Shown here in pieces: positions 1-13,679 of a stretch of DNA of 64,000 nt (its first letter is position 1; each line of letters opens with the position of its first letter). Where the stretch lies: NCBI GenBank assembly GCA_035221665.1, contig CM069132.1:63054001-63118000 (forward strand), given 5' to 3'. Position numbers and translations under genes: made by a program. This DNA is from Okamejei kenojei (lineage: Eukaryota). Below the pieces are notes generated by a model. The model did no database searches and was not told where the DNA came from. It saw nothing but the letters and a program-made list of their open reading frames with translations.

Positions 1-1430
1 TTAGTTTAATTTTTCCATGTTTCACGACTCCCCTTTGTTTTCAAGTCTATCGTTCAAGAAAAAAGTTTGTCCTTGGGTTAACGTTCCAGGGTTGATAACT
101 GTATTCCACCATCATAACGAGAGCATTTATAGTTACATTTATTTAAGAAGTCATATATTCTCAGCTTCCCCTCTCCCGATATTTATAACGGAACAACCTC
201 CTGATAGCCGTGCTGTTTTACTTATCCGTTAATCTCCTGTGTTAGTTCTTGTGCATATTTGTATGCTTCTTCTGGATCAGTAAAAACACATTCCAAACGC
301 TTGTAAGTGACCCTCATTTTTGCAGGGTAAATGACCCTCATTTTTGCAGGGTAAATTATCCCATATCTTAGTTTGGGAATTCCTTTCAGGATCAGTCTTG
401 TCTTTGTAAACAGGTCCCGTTTCTTAGCCACTTCCGCTGGGTAATCTCTTTAAAAAAAAAAAAAAAATCGAAGAATTTCACCTTCAAACATCAGATTTGT
501 TGCAAATTGAATTTTTTTCATAATGTCTTCCAGAGCAGAGATGTCATGAAATTTCACTATGATCTGTCTTAGGGAGGCTCCTGGCCTCGTTTGAGCTCTT
601 CGAACCCGGTGTGCAACATCTATTTTCGGTTTGTCAGGCAGCTTGAATACTTATTTAAGTTGGCAGCAAACTCCCGAGAATCGATTCCCGTCTCCTTTCC
701 CTCTCACTCCAACTATCCTTAAATTCTGCAGTCTTGATCGGGCTTCCAAATTAAGGCATTTGTCAGTCATTTTAGCCAGTTGCCCCGAGACACGGTCTTG
801 ATCTTTCCTCATTCTCTTCAGACATTTCCTTCATCGCAGTTTCCATTTCTTTCATAGCAGTGCTGTATGCTTTTGTGGTATGAAGAAGAGTCCAACTTTT
901 CATTGCACTCCTTTTCAACCCGTCCGATGTCTGCACTTAAGCTGGTCTCAACTTCATCAATACGTTTCCTTAGAGTACCGACTGTCTCGATAACTTCCCG
1001 ATTCACGAGCTTCATATTTTTAGTCAGACTAGTATCCAGTGCAGAAATCTCATTGTGTAGCATCTCAGCAAAGTCTTTCACTAACGAAGCTCTTATAGAA
1101 TGTTCCATTGTTTTTTCCTTTGTAGCCATTTCAGTAGCTAATCTTTGAGCTTCAGTTTCTTCTTCTGAGGTTTGGTGTTCATTGCAGAGTTTTACCCAGC
1201 TCTTTAACAGAGTCTTGTAAGAGGTCTTTGGGAAGGATTCCGCTTTCTCATTTAAAAGTCCCGTTATTTAGCTGCGATTTCTGATGACGTTACTTACGCG
1301 ACGTCAGGCATCTCCAGTGAGTATTTTTAGATCGGTCCCGTCTTCCTAATCGTCTTTTTTAGCGATTAAACGCATTCGTCGGGAGCGGACCTAAATGCTG
1401 CGCCTCTCACAGCTGCATGGTGCCACCGTA
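1..1430 (-). mobile_element. L1-clade LINE 5' end with disrupted ORF1 (continues off the left edge)
   Basis: Minus-strand fragments carry L1 ORF1 motifs: a coiled-coil region (ORF 818-1129), LEARSRLQNLRIVGV, IDVAHR and YGIIYPAKMRV (ORF 222-431), broken by frameshifts. CpG-containing 5'UTR at ~1255-1430. Confidence 0.8.
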
Positions 1431-3204
1431 AGGTCACAACCTGATATTTGTATTCTTATTGCCCAAGTGGACCAGCATAGAATGGAGAGTCAGCAAGATC
1501 ACACTCCTGTTGATTTTTTTTGTGAGGCTAAGAAAATTGTAGTGGGTTCAGGTCTTAATCAAGGCAATAGTTGATCTTCATCATAACTGATCTCTCAAAG
1601 GACCGCAAACACCAGTGCCACTGGTCCACCATCACCGAGGCATATCACCTTGCGATTCTTGTGCACCATTATTGTGAGTGGCCTTTTAAGGCAAGTGGGG
1701 ACCTCAAGTCTACTGAACTGCAACTTGGTTTTGCCTGAAAGGAAGTAACGGCATGCAAGTTCTGCCACAGCAGTTGAACATCTGTCTGATCCTCTTGTTT
1801 AGAATAAAAGTGTCTCTTCACTTTTACAGTTGCCTTATCAAAGTGGTATCTAGTTATTATATGACCTAGTATCACCAGACTTGAATTCCCAAGATCTTAT
1901 TCTCAGCAGACTGCAGACCTCATATTTTATCAAAGACTTCTGGTTTGGAAACACTTAAGATGGTCTTGGTGGAAACACATTCCTCAGAGTGTTTACCATC
2001 TCATCAATCATATCATATGGAATGTTGGAGCAGGCTTAAGCAGCTTAGTTTCCACCTCCCGTTCCAAATTAGGATAGTTGTGCAAGGTGGAAAAGATTTA
2101 AATGGTGAATTAAAGCAGTGGGTGGTTGGGTTGCACAGATATGTGAAAGTATAAGAGAAACTAAGGGTATTGAAAATTAGGACTAATACGACAAGAGATT
2201 GGGCAGATGAATCGATTTTGGACCATTATATATCTCAAAACTGAAAGCAATTAAAGTGGGTTGGAGCAACATAACCTTTAGCATCTGCATTTCTAAACAA
2301 AATTTGGACTTAATTGGGGTATATGGAGAAATACCATCTCTATCTGTGGGAAAAATAGGGAACTACAACCCAGAATATTTCCAGAGCTGGAATCTCCAAA
2401 TTATAGAGGTAGTGACTAAAGTTTGGCTTTGTAAAGAATTGAATTATTATCAAGGAGAAATCTAAAAGAATCTATGGGTATAAGATATCCTATAATTTCC
2501 ATCAAACTTTGAAATTTTAATTTCAGTGCAGAAAGTTAAAACATGAAGGCATTCAGCCCATAATATCCAATAAAGAACTACCTAAACTAATTAAATTCCA
2601 GGATAGTCTCTTGCCTCCTTAGTAGCAAGGATTTCTTAAAGCATTTAATTCATATCTCTGCAGATTACATCTCGCCATATTACATATCTAGACCATGTTT
2701 AAAGTAGGGGGCTCTTCCTCCAAGACAATTTCACTCACTGGATGACTCCTAACGCTCACTGAAAATAAAATATTCCTCTTTCCACCTCTAATCGCACAAT
2801 GACTTTAATTCAGGACTCCTTTATGAATCCTCCAACAAAAGGAAATATTTTCTTAGCCTTCACAATTTTAGTCACCTCAATCGGCTTACATTTTCAAAGA
2901 AAGTAAGACACCATCCAATCTTTACTCACAGCTAAAATGTTCCAGATTTAGTAACATTACAATTCTCCTCTGTACTCTTCAGAGCTATCACACTTTTCCT
3001 GCAACGCAATGACCAGAACTATAAGCAGTACTCAGAATTTGGGTTATTGTAAAAAAGAAATGTGATTTGTATTCAAATCTCTCATTGCATTGATCAAAGA
3101 TATTTACTTTCAACACACCTGGTACCATAAATCTTCCCCATAAAATGTCACATTTCACATCATCCATTGTTGCACAGGTGTCGTAATACTGGAACAATCA
3201 CATC

Positions 3205-3547
3205 TAGGTAATAGATCGGGTAGATGCACTGGGTCTCTTGCCCAGAGTAGGGGAATCGAGGACCAGAGGACATGGGTTCAAGGTGAAGGGGAAAAGATTT
3301 AATAGGGATCCCTGGGATAACCTTTTCACACACAGGGAGGTGGGTGTACGGAACAAGCTGCCAGAGGAGGTAGTTGAGGCTAGGACTATCCTATCGTTTA
3401 AAGAACAGATAGACAGGTACATGGATAGAACAATTTTAGAGGTATATGGACCAACCGCAGGCAAGTGGGACTAGTGTAGCTGGCCCATTGTTGCCGGTGT
3501 GAGCAAGTTGGGCCAAAGGGCCTGTTTCCACACTATCACTCTATGAC
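3205..3547 (+). mobile_element. CR1-type LINE 3' fragment
   Basis: ESRTRGHGFKVKGKRFN...FTHREVGVRNKLPEEVVEA is the typical CR1 ORF2 C-terminus, followed by the GGGCC..AGGGCCTGTTTCC 3' stem-loop. Confidence 0.85.
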
Positions 3548-4185
3548 ATCCAACACAAGAGAAACAGAATAGAATGGTTGCCTTCTATTGAAGTCTCCCT
3601 CCAAAGAGCAAGTGGGCAATGTCACCGATTAATAGTTTGTTTCTTTGCCTAATAGCTGCAGAATAATAGCATCCGAGCCAAAGTATAACCACAATGGTTT
3701 TATTGAGATGTTAAGCGTGTAAAAGGACTCCTGCTCCCATTTTATGTTCTCCGACCATGCTTTAATCATTCTGTGATTTTGCAGATTTATGGCTCTTTTA
3801 ACCCAATCTAAACCGATTCAACCAACATTCTATGCAGAGACAGAATTAATGCCTCATGTCAATTATCTGGAGAATTAAGAAAACAAATGTGTTGTATGTT
3901 GCTATAGGCGGATACCAAGATTGTCCACATGACAACGCTGTTGGAGCTGTTAATGCTCAGAAAATATGTTAAACCTAATTTACCTCCCACTACTGCAGAC
4001 CATGCTTGAAACGTTTGATGATCTTACAAAGGACAGAGAGCTCCCATCTTGAAGATAAGACACAAAATGCTGGAGTAACTCAGCAGGACAGGCAGCATCT
4101 CTGGAGAGAAGGAATGAATGGCCTGTTAATTTCTTGATTATGCACAAAAAAGCGACAATGTTTTTACCCAAAAAGACAAAATAGT

Positions 4186-4191
4186 TTTATT
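4186..4191 (-). terminator. CBX3: Candidate CBX3 polyadenylation signal AATAAA
   Basis: tttatt on plus, ~1 kb past the stop codon, followed on minus by GT/T-rich sequence. A second AATAAA lies at 4814-4819. Confidence 0.5.
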
Positions 4192-5191
4192 AAACATTTT
4201 TTCCTCAGCTGTTAACAAAAATCAACATTACTAAATAACCTAAGCAATACACATACAAGTACTCAAAGAAAAACAATAAAATCTGAATTTATAAATAAAA
4301 ATTGTTCAGGTTTCAAAATTAACCCATGTTTCCAAGCTGGTCAGAATTTCTTAATTTGAGTATGTTGCTGCATCAGCTCAGCATTAGAAGAGAAGTGGAG
4401 TTGATTAGTTATTTCATGATCACATTGTGTTTCATAGGTATAAACCAAGGCCTTTGAATAGTTATAACTTTCACATCCAAGTCAAATGGCATACGAAGAC
4501 CATACCATGTATCCAAGCTTCAATTCAGCAGCTGTATTACATCAGCAGACTGAATTTGCATTGGTTGATCAGTTCCGACCATTTCAGAAATCAAGCAAGC
4601 TCCAATTCCACAGAAATAGTGCACGTCAAGTTATATTTTAAAATCACACATTTACAAAAACCAATGAAACTTTACAACAATGACTTTAGAAACTAGATAT
4701 CAATAAAGTAAATAAAAGTTGGAATAATTTGCTGAGCCAAAGCTATTGCAAGTTGGAACTAAATCACGTGCCCAGATAAAGCCTGCGTTATTTTTCCTAC
4801 TTGCAGTTTAGTTTTATTTTAAACTTGACAATGTAAGCAAACAGATACACAAAAAAAGATAATATGATGAAGGGGTCTAACCTCAAATCCTCATGACTGA
4901 TTTAGTACAAGCTTGTATTATGCGCAAACAATTTTTTGGTAAACAAGACTAGACTACCATCAATAAAATGAATCAAAAGTACATTTCATATTTATGTATT
5001 TAATCAATGCATCCCAAGGTTCCAGGATCAATGCACAGGTCAGTTCAAATCACTTGCAGTCAATGGGAAATAAACAAATTGAACTTTATACGACAAGTGC
5101 AGTTTTTTTTGTTTTTTTTTAAACTTGGGGGCAATAACTGTACAACCAAACATTTCTCCACAATATCCTACAGTTACAACACATCCTGCAG

Positions 5192-5332
<141 letters not shown>

Positions 5333-5881
5333 TTAAATGAGAAACATTTATACAATGTTTAGTTATATAAAAAGCATTCTAAAGACAACATTTTGAAAGT
5401 AGACTTAGATTTAATAACAAATCTGTGCAGTAAAAGTAATTCAGACGACCATGAGTGTAAATGCTAAAACCAATGCAACAATCAAACCAAGTCTAGTTTT
5501 AAAAAAAGAGTAAAAACAAAACACCGTTTTCTAGAAATCTGAATAAAAATGCACAAATGTTCAATGTGCATGTATAAAAACATTAATTTATATATACTTC
5601 AAAGGCATGGTAATTATCTACATTGGCGCCAGTCTTTCAGGCCCAATGCAGTTAAGGCTTGCAAAAAATAGCTCCAAGGAGGACAATATCTCTTGCGATA
5701 CATTCAGCCAGGTCACTTTGGCAACAAGAACACTTATCAGGATCTTATTCATTGACCTCAGCTCAGCCTTGAACACCATATAATAGTTTACAAATATCAA
5801 ATGAGATAAAATGGCCCAAGAAAAATGAAATGAAATTCTCAACAAAAAAGGAAAATAAACTCATGCACAACATAGTTCTTA

Positions 5882-6199
<318 letters not shown>

Positions 6200-6703
6200 C
6201 TACTGAAACGGGTCATTATAGGTTGGGAAACAGGGCGCAAAAAATAATAATTCTTCAGCATCACACATGGGCAGGAGCAGAGCCAAACAAAATTACTCCA
6301 AAGCTTGGCTCCTATGCTCCAATTGTATTATCATCTAGATCTCACTTTGCTCTTGGCATGAACTATTGCCCCATTCTTAGTCACGTGTGTGACCAAAAAT
6401 ATGAAATATTGTGGAATACATCTCTTCTAATTCTGAAAGCATTACAGGTATATTGTTTTGTACTGTATATGATTCTCTTTTTTTTCCAAAGTTTAAGTGA
6501 AATATTTATGTTATGCTGACAATGTTTGTTTGACTTCACACGGAAGCATTTTTGTCATAACTCATTTTTATCTCACAAACTCTTGTGAATTTTAAAAAGC
6601 TAGAATGTTCATATCTTTAGCAGACATGCATTATAGTTCTGGAGGTAGCAAAATAGCAAATAAGATTAATCTCTTACAAGAATTGTTTACAAGAACTTTA
6701 TGT

Positions 6704-7220
6704 CAGGGGTCAGCAACCTTGTTCAGCATTGCGGCCAGGACGCATGTCTGTGAGCGGATGGCGGGCCACATCTATCATGTGTACACATGGATCCCACCCC
6801 TTCGAGGACGCCATCCGGAGCACTGGCCCCTAGTTAAGGGTGCTCACGAACATGGTGTACCTATGGACCATTGCCTTGGCTCTGTCCTGAAGGCAGTGGC
6901 TCAAATACTCACACTCACTTGTCCCCAGCCTACTGATAACGCCGATCCAGACAGTGAAGCTCAAATATTCACTCACTCGTCCCCTGCCTATTGACACAAA
7001 AGGCGCGCAGCCATGCCGGCGGCTTTGCGCTCAATGTGGTACAGCCAGAGCTCGGCGGCTGCCTTGTGTCACCACGCCTGGGCGCCACGGCATCGGAGGT
7101 ATCAGAGATGACGGAAGTCTGTGGGCTGGATAATTACCGGGGGGAAAAAAATACACCTGCGTGCCGGATGATTTGGGGTTATGGGCCACATTCGGCCCGG
7201 GGGCTGTATGCCGACCCCTG
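6704..7220. mobile_element. Non-autonomous hAT (Charlie-like) DNA transposon
   Basis: Termini CAGGGGTCAGCA / TGCCGACCCCTG with a perfect 8-bp TSD CTTTATGT (6696-6703, 7221-7228). Confidence 0.92.
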
Positions 7221-7578
7221 CTTTATGTGATGCCATTTGGTAATGTGTGTGACATTTGGTTCACTTTCCAAAGAATGGCCCTATTAATCTTTCATTGGCT
7301 CCATCTCAAGTACATGTGCAAACTGATGCCAAACTCTGCTTGTTGCTCTGAATCATTACTAAGTTGCAAACCGCACATCACATCTGTCATTATTGCTTCC
7401 ATGAAGACAAACATTTCAATCTAACAAAAAGTCTTGTTCACCAGCACAACACTATTTTTATAGGTTTAACCTCCACGATCTGAACTCTAACATATACACA
7501 TCTATAATGGAAACCTATTTGATCATTAGCATCCTGTTAATTTTGTCAAGACAAGAAACAGAATGTGTGAAAGTTTAA

Positions 7579-7793
7579 AGGGCCTGTACCACTTGGCTAT
7601 TTTTTTCAGCGGCTGCCGGCATCATTGACCGACGAAAAATTTGCGGCGTGATGACGTATGACACGCGCTGTTTTTTCAAATGTCCACACTTTTCTTTTGT
7701 CACCGCTGGATTTTGAAATGTTTAAAATCTTTTGTGACCCTGATAATGACGCCGGCAGTCGCTGAAAAAAAAGCGCCAAGTGGAACAGGCCCT
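7579..7793. mobile_element. PIF/Harbinger-like MITE
   Basis: TIRs AGGGCCTGTACCACTTGGC / GCCAAGTGGAACAGGCCCT. Left flank TAA, right flank imperfect. A related terminus occurs at 63553. Confidence 0.75.
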
Positions 7794-8430
7794 GAACATT
7801 CCTATCCCATCCCTCATTCTTGTAAACTACTGTATGCCTTTCTTCTCACACCTCTACAACTTTTAAAATGCTCTTCAATCTTTCATTCTAATCTAATCCT
7901 TTAATCCCTTTGCACCTCAACTAACATTTTAAAATCCAAATATGCACATGACCAACTTCACTGCTAGTTTAGAATATAAATCACATTGAATCGTAAGCAT
8001 CGTTAATTAACCTGAAACAAAAATAAGCGTTCTCACTTACAACTTCAAATTGACATCCAAATATTAAATAGTAAATTCAGAATTAGCTAGCCATTATGCA
8101 GGTGGCAATAAGATGTAAATTGGTAGCAGACTCATAATATGAATTCATACCATCTGCTACATACTTCCCAACTGGCTAGGTTTTCTCTGGTGGAGTGGAA
8201 TGGGAATAGCTAAATGCCTGGGGCCCAAAAGTACTCCAGAGACCAATTTTATGCACTCAGTGAAACACAAGAGACATGTCCAAGGACACAATTGTTTATC
8301 ATGAGTGAGAAATAGTGCAGTTGCAGATTTATTGTAAACAGCAAAGGTAATTTCTATCATTTACTCAATGTAAACACGTTGCATTCAGCTGACTCAGTTC
8401 TGAATACATCAATCCAAAAAAGTCTCTTAC

Positions 8431-8596
8431 CGGGTCCTTTTTCTTTTTTGGCTTGTTTTCTTCACTTTCATTTTCGGAAACAGATTTTCGTTTGAATGCA
8501 TCTGTACGCTCTTTGGTGGCTTTTTGGGAATCTAGAAATTCCTGGATCAATTCTGGACAATCCAAATTGTCCTCTGGCTCCCACGTATTATCAGCA
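8431..8596 (-). CDS. CBX3: CBX3 coding exon 2 (chromodomain end and hinge)
   Basis: (D)[55 protein letters not shown]; TTTTAG acceptor and GTAAG donor; 166 nt. Confidence 0.96.
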
Positions 8597-8941
8597 CTAA
8601 AACAAATTCATAATATAATCAAGTAAAAGCTTACTCAAAAAGCCCTGATTCCCATTAAACAAAGTCGATTTATTCCAAAAGTAGAAGTGCAAAGGGCAGG
8701 TCAAATTCATATTCTCTTTGCACGGGGAAATCATGTCCAATTTGTGCCCAAACCAGTTCTTACAAATGTAAAGAACAATGTCCAATGTCCTTATAACCCT
8801 TTCAAATTACCAACACTAACAGACCTTAATAGTAGTAACTTGTACTAATGCACTAATGAAGCAAGCAGAATGTTGAGGGTACACAAAAAGCTGGAGAAAC
8901 TCAGCGGGTGCAGCAGCATCTAAGGAGCGAAGGAGATAGGC

Positions 8942-8969
8942 GACGTTTCGGGGCGAGACCCTTCTTCAG
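8942..8969 (-). ncRNA. Minimal type I hammerhead ribozyme core (PLE terminal repeat)
   Basis: Minus strand reads CTGAAGA-AGGGTCTCGCCCC-GAAAC-GTC: CUGANGA, stem II, GAAA and a palindromic ACGT stem III. Stem I pairing is weak. Confidence 0.6.
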
Positions 8970-9150
8970 ACTGGTCAGGGATCAGGGAAACGAGAGATAT
9001 AGACGGTAATGTGGAGAGATAAGGAACAATGAGTGAAAGATATGCAAAAAAGTATCGGTGATAAAGGGAACAAGCCATTGTAAGCTGTTTGTGGTGTGAA
9101 AATGAGAAGCTGGTGCGACTGGGGTGGGGGAGGGAGATAGAGATAGAGGG

Positions 9151-9339
9151 TACACAAAAAGCTGGAGAAACTCAGCGGGTGCAGCAGCATCTAAGGAGCG
9201 AAGGATAGGCGACGTTTCGAGTCGAGACCCGAAACGTCGACTATCTCCTTCGCTCCTTAGATGCTGCTGCACCCGCTGAGTTTCTCCAGCTTTTTGTGTA
9301 CCCTCGATTCTCCAGCATCTGCAGTTCCTTCTTTAAAAC
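9151..9339 (-). mobile_element. Fold-back PLE mini-element nested in the Penelope copy
   Basis: Inverted repeat of the PLE terminus centred near 9225, with 13-bp TSD TAGAGATAGAGGG (9138-9150, 9340-9352). Confidence 0.85.
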
Positions 9340-9407
9340 TAGAGATAGAGGGAATGCCAGGGCCCGAGGGCTGAGGGAGAGGTGGGAAGGGAAGGAGACA
9401 GCAAGGG

Positions 9408-10208
9408 TTAACAGAATTGAGAAAATTCAATATTCAAGCCCAAAGGATGCAGACTCCCCAAGCGGAATATGAGGTGCTGTTCCTCCAACTTGCAGTGTTG
9501 CTCACTCTGGCCGTGGAGGAGGCCCAGGACCGAGAGGTCGGATGTGGAATGAGAGGGGGAGTTGAAGTGCTGAGCCACCGGGAGGTCGGGTTGGTTATTG
9601 CGGACCGAGCAGAGGTGTTCGGCGAAGCGATCGCCAAGCCTCCGCTTGGTCTCACCGATATAGATCATCTGGCATCTGGAGCAGCGGATGCAGTAGATGA
9701 GGTTGGAGGAGGTGCAGGTGAACCTCTGTCGGACCTGGAAGGACTGCTTGGGTCCCTGAAAGGAGTGGAGGGGGGAGGTGAAGGGACAAGCGTTGCATTT
9801 CTTGCGGTTGCAAGGGAAAGTGCCCGGGGAAGGGGTAGAGTGGGAGGGGAGGGAAGAATTGACAAGGGAGTTGCGGAGGGAGCGGTATTTGCGGAAGGCA
9901 GACAGGGGGGGAGATGGGAAGATGTGGCGGGTGGAGGGGTCACGTTGGAGGTGGCGAAACTGGCGGAGGACTATATGTTGTATTTGCCGGCTGGTGGGGT
10001 GAAAGGTGAGGACCAGGGGGACTCTGCCCTGTTTGCGAGTGGGGGAATGGGGAGCGAGGGCAGTGTTGCGGGGTATGGAGGAGACCCTGGTGCGAGCCTC
10101 ATCAATAGTGGGGGAGGGGAATCCCCGTTCTCTGAAGAATGAGGCCATTTGTGATGACCTGGTGTGGAACACCTCATCCTGGGAGCAGACTCTGAAGAAT
10201 GAGGCCAT
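9408..10208 (-). pseudogene. Penelope ORF C-terminal part: RT thumb/linker and GIY-YIG endonuclease
   Basis: 266-aa open frame containing VPLVLTFHP, CNRKKCNAC and NLIYCIRCSRCQMIYIGETKRRLGDRFAEH. The RT core is absent. Confidence 0.9.
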
Positions 10209-11800
10209 TTGTGATCAAGCAGAATGTTGAGTAGCTTTACCTAGCATTCTGGTATTGGTGACATAACATCCACCCTCTTAACAAAATAGTTCACTTCTTT
10301 TATATAGCTTAACTTTTATTCCTCTTATACTCGTTAAGGACAAATAAAGTGCATCCATATTGGAAACATACATGAAACTTTTGCAAAAGTGTCTAAACAG
10401 TCAATGGCAGGTATTAAGGAAATGAAAGGTTGCTGTACCAAACCTTTGCTCTGTACGAATATTATTGTGCATTAAAAAATTAAGTACACTTACACCAGGG
10501 ACATCAACCTGATTTTAATGTTGAACAGATTTTATGAGTTGAATGACAAAAGAATATGAAATCTGAACTCTAACACCAGCATTGTTGCATAGTGATAAAA
10601 CACCATCAATGACCATCTTTATCCAATGTCCTTCAGGAACTGAAACAAATATAATATGCAATGTGTGGAAACAGTCCTTAAGCCCAACCAGTCTACGCAA
10701 GCCTCTTTCATCTAATCAAATGACATGTCATTCTCCAACGCATCAACACCATTCCCTCAATGAGGCTATGTTACCATGTTCTGATTCTCTACTAACTTTT
10801 TTGGTGATTATCTAGTATTGATAGCTGTTCAGCACGTAGTTCCAAATCGTGTAACCTTTCTTTTTCCTTTAAATCCTGTTATAATTGTAAAGACCTCTTA
10901 GCACTCAGCACACTGTACACACACATTATCCTACACATTGGGGCCAATTCACAGAAGCCAATTAACCTACAAACAGTAGATCTTTGGAGTGTGGGGGGAA
11001 ACAGGAGAAAATAAAAAAAAAAAAAAAGGTTAGCACTCAGTTAAGATTGAGCCCGGGTTTCTAATGCTATAAGGCAGCACAACTTTTAAGTCTACCCAGA
11101 GAGAAATAAACATTAATGCTTGGCTTGCTCACTTTGCGAAACTATCCTGTTAAAATAGGATTCAACTGTTAGTGATAGATACATTTTGGTGAGATCTTTG
11201 TGTCTCCATCAAATCCAGACTCTTGCCGTCCAAATAAGTTGTCTCTCTATTCCTCCAACTCATTCACCCACTTTGAACCTTGCATGTCTATTCCGCAAGA
11301 TCGTTAAACGTCCATCTGAAATGATTATAGGAGCAAAATGTTGTAAATAAGTGTGACTTAGTTATACCATTTTGATTGCGGACCTATTTTTTTTAAGCAG
11401 GTGGGAATAAAAGTGGGTAACTTTAAAATATTAGAAGATTGCTAGTTTTTGTCAGTGGTGTGGAATCATTCTTTACATAAGAAGGATTTCACAGCACCAT
11501 GTACAACATATTGTAAAATCACTTCCACTAATAATCCTGCAACATGAAAGAAAGACACTATCAATGAACATTGAATTTCATGATCAATTAACCAGTAAGG
11601 CACAAAAGACATCAAATAATTTGGAAATATTTCTACAATTATGGGTGAAAGCGGAGACCTTTAAATTATGAGTATTACAAAATAATGATTTATTTCCAAA
11701 TTGTCTATCTGCAGAATTTCAAATCAAAACTGTATGCCCATTTCACCGTCCAACATTCAAACAGAGAATAAAAAAAATGCTTTTGCAGTAAAGGTCCTTA

Positions 11801-12010
<210 letters not shown>

Positions 12011-12200
12011 TCAACCTTAATCTAAATTAACAAAAAAATAATTTATGCTACATATCCCCATGTTTCCCTTTATCTTACAAAAGGAGCCCAAGCTAAGGTT
12101 GGAATTTGGATTTGATTAGTGTTCCAGTTTTCTCCATTATCAACTGTTAAGCTGAGTGGAGCATGCTTACATTATGGGACAAACCAACAAGCAATGTAGG

Positions 12201-12520
12201 AGATTAAGGTATCTACACAATAGCTTTGCCATTAGGTATTGAAAAACTGACCACTGGCAGCTCCTCAAATCCATGTACTGCAGCTAGTTAGCCCTAAAGA
12301 CAAGTACTTGTACAAAAGTGAAAGTGCATGCTTGTAGGAATATTGCAGTTTGAATCTACAAGATTAAGGTATCTACACAATAGCTTTGCCATTAAGTATT
12401 GAAAAACTGACCACTGGCAGCTCCTTAAATCCATGTACTGTAGCTAGTTAGCCCTAAAGACAAGAACTTGTACAAAAGTTAAAGTACATGCTTGTAGGAA
12501 TATTGCAGTTTGAATCTACA
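12201..12520. repeat. Tandem duplication, 2 x 160 bp
   Basis: The unit starting AGATTAAGGTATCTACAC occurs at 12201 and 12361, with about 6 mismatches by eye. Confidence 0.95.
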
Positions 12521-13679
12521 AGAATATGTGAAAGCTGCACTAATCAGGTGGTTTATCAGTTGGCAAAAAAAGAAATCCATAAAAGCTTAAGAAAATTTGA
12601 TTTCATCCAAGTAATCCATGAACATTGCCCTTTAGACTATTTCTTATAGATTTTAAGTCTCTAAAATTAACACCTTAGTGTATGCTTTGTTATTTTCAGT
12701 TTGTATAAGATGAATGGATTGTATCCGAACATATACAAACGTAAGGTTTCTTAACACATGGAAACACTAAATGACTATTTTCTCTCGCAAAATAACTTCC
12801 CATGGGCAAAGCAAATGACTATTTAAGCAGCAACTCAAAACTATTACATTAAAAATATGCAGATACTAAATGAAAGTAGTTGAAATTACAAATCAACATG
12901 CATGCACTTAAGATGCATCACTATACTAAATAAAAATTTCACACCACAAAAAGTCAATATTAAGAAATGCAAATATCATAAAACATTAACTTTCAAAGTT
13001 GGGCTGTCACCCCTAGGTAGGTCAGAGGATATTTTAAACAAAAATAGGCTATTATCTCTGCTCGTTTAAATAAACTCCACTCTGCATACCAAATTTGGGT
13101 ACGGCACTTTGGTAAAATGGGTGTTAAGAACATCTAAAAACCATTGTCAAAAACGTAAATTACTGATTTCTAGGTAATGCACTGAGTAGTTGAGCTGTAC
13201 AATCAAAATTCCTGGTGTGAATACTGGTCTATTTTAAAAAACAATTCCTAACTGCACAGAAAGATACAACTTGTCTGGTTCCTTCCATCTACATCCAGGA
13301 CACCTTATATATTCTCAACAGTTCAACTTCCAATTTGTCCTCTCCCTCAACTTTTCTTTTGCTTCCTCTCACCTTGTACAAATCAATGACATAGCCATGC
13401 AAGCTCAAATGAGTGTCAGCTATTTTTGCTGGCTATTTTAAACATTCCAAACATACGCCAGCACCACACTTCAACTCTTTCTCTCCTACAAGGTTGACTG
13501 CATATGGGCTGCCTCTTGCACTCGTGCAGAACTCATCAATTTCAAGCAACTTCCACCCTACCCTCAAGTTCACTTGGACCATCTCTGACACATCTCACTT
13601 TTTTCTTCCAATTATCTCCAATTAAGGAGAAAGTTTATCCAGGTATTTATGTCTCTTTCGAACAGCTTATGTCTCAGTT

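Larger units (their letters stand above)
8878..10215 (-). mobile_element. 5'-truncated Penelope-like retroelement with 3' pseudo-LTR
   Basis: 16-bp TSD CAAGCAGAATGTTGAG (8862-8877, 10216-10231). Contains an open GIY-YIG ORF end and a hammerhead core in the terminal repeat. Confidence 0.93.

Noticed and set aside
1500-1900. Possible LTR-retrotransposon integrase remnant on the minus strand
   Set aside because: Only a vague resemblance; no motif I could defend.
9417-10142. 241-aa plus-strand ORF
   Set aside because: Antisense shadow of the GC-rich Penelope ORF.
12201-12520. Duplicated intronic snoRNA
   Set aside because: No convincing C/D or H/ACA box layout in the CBX3 sense orientation.
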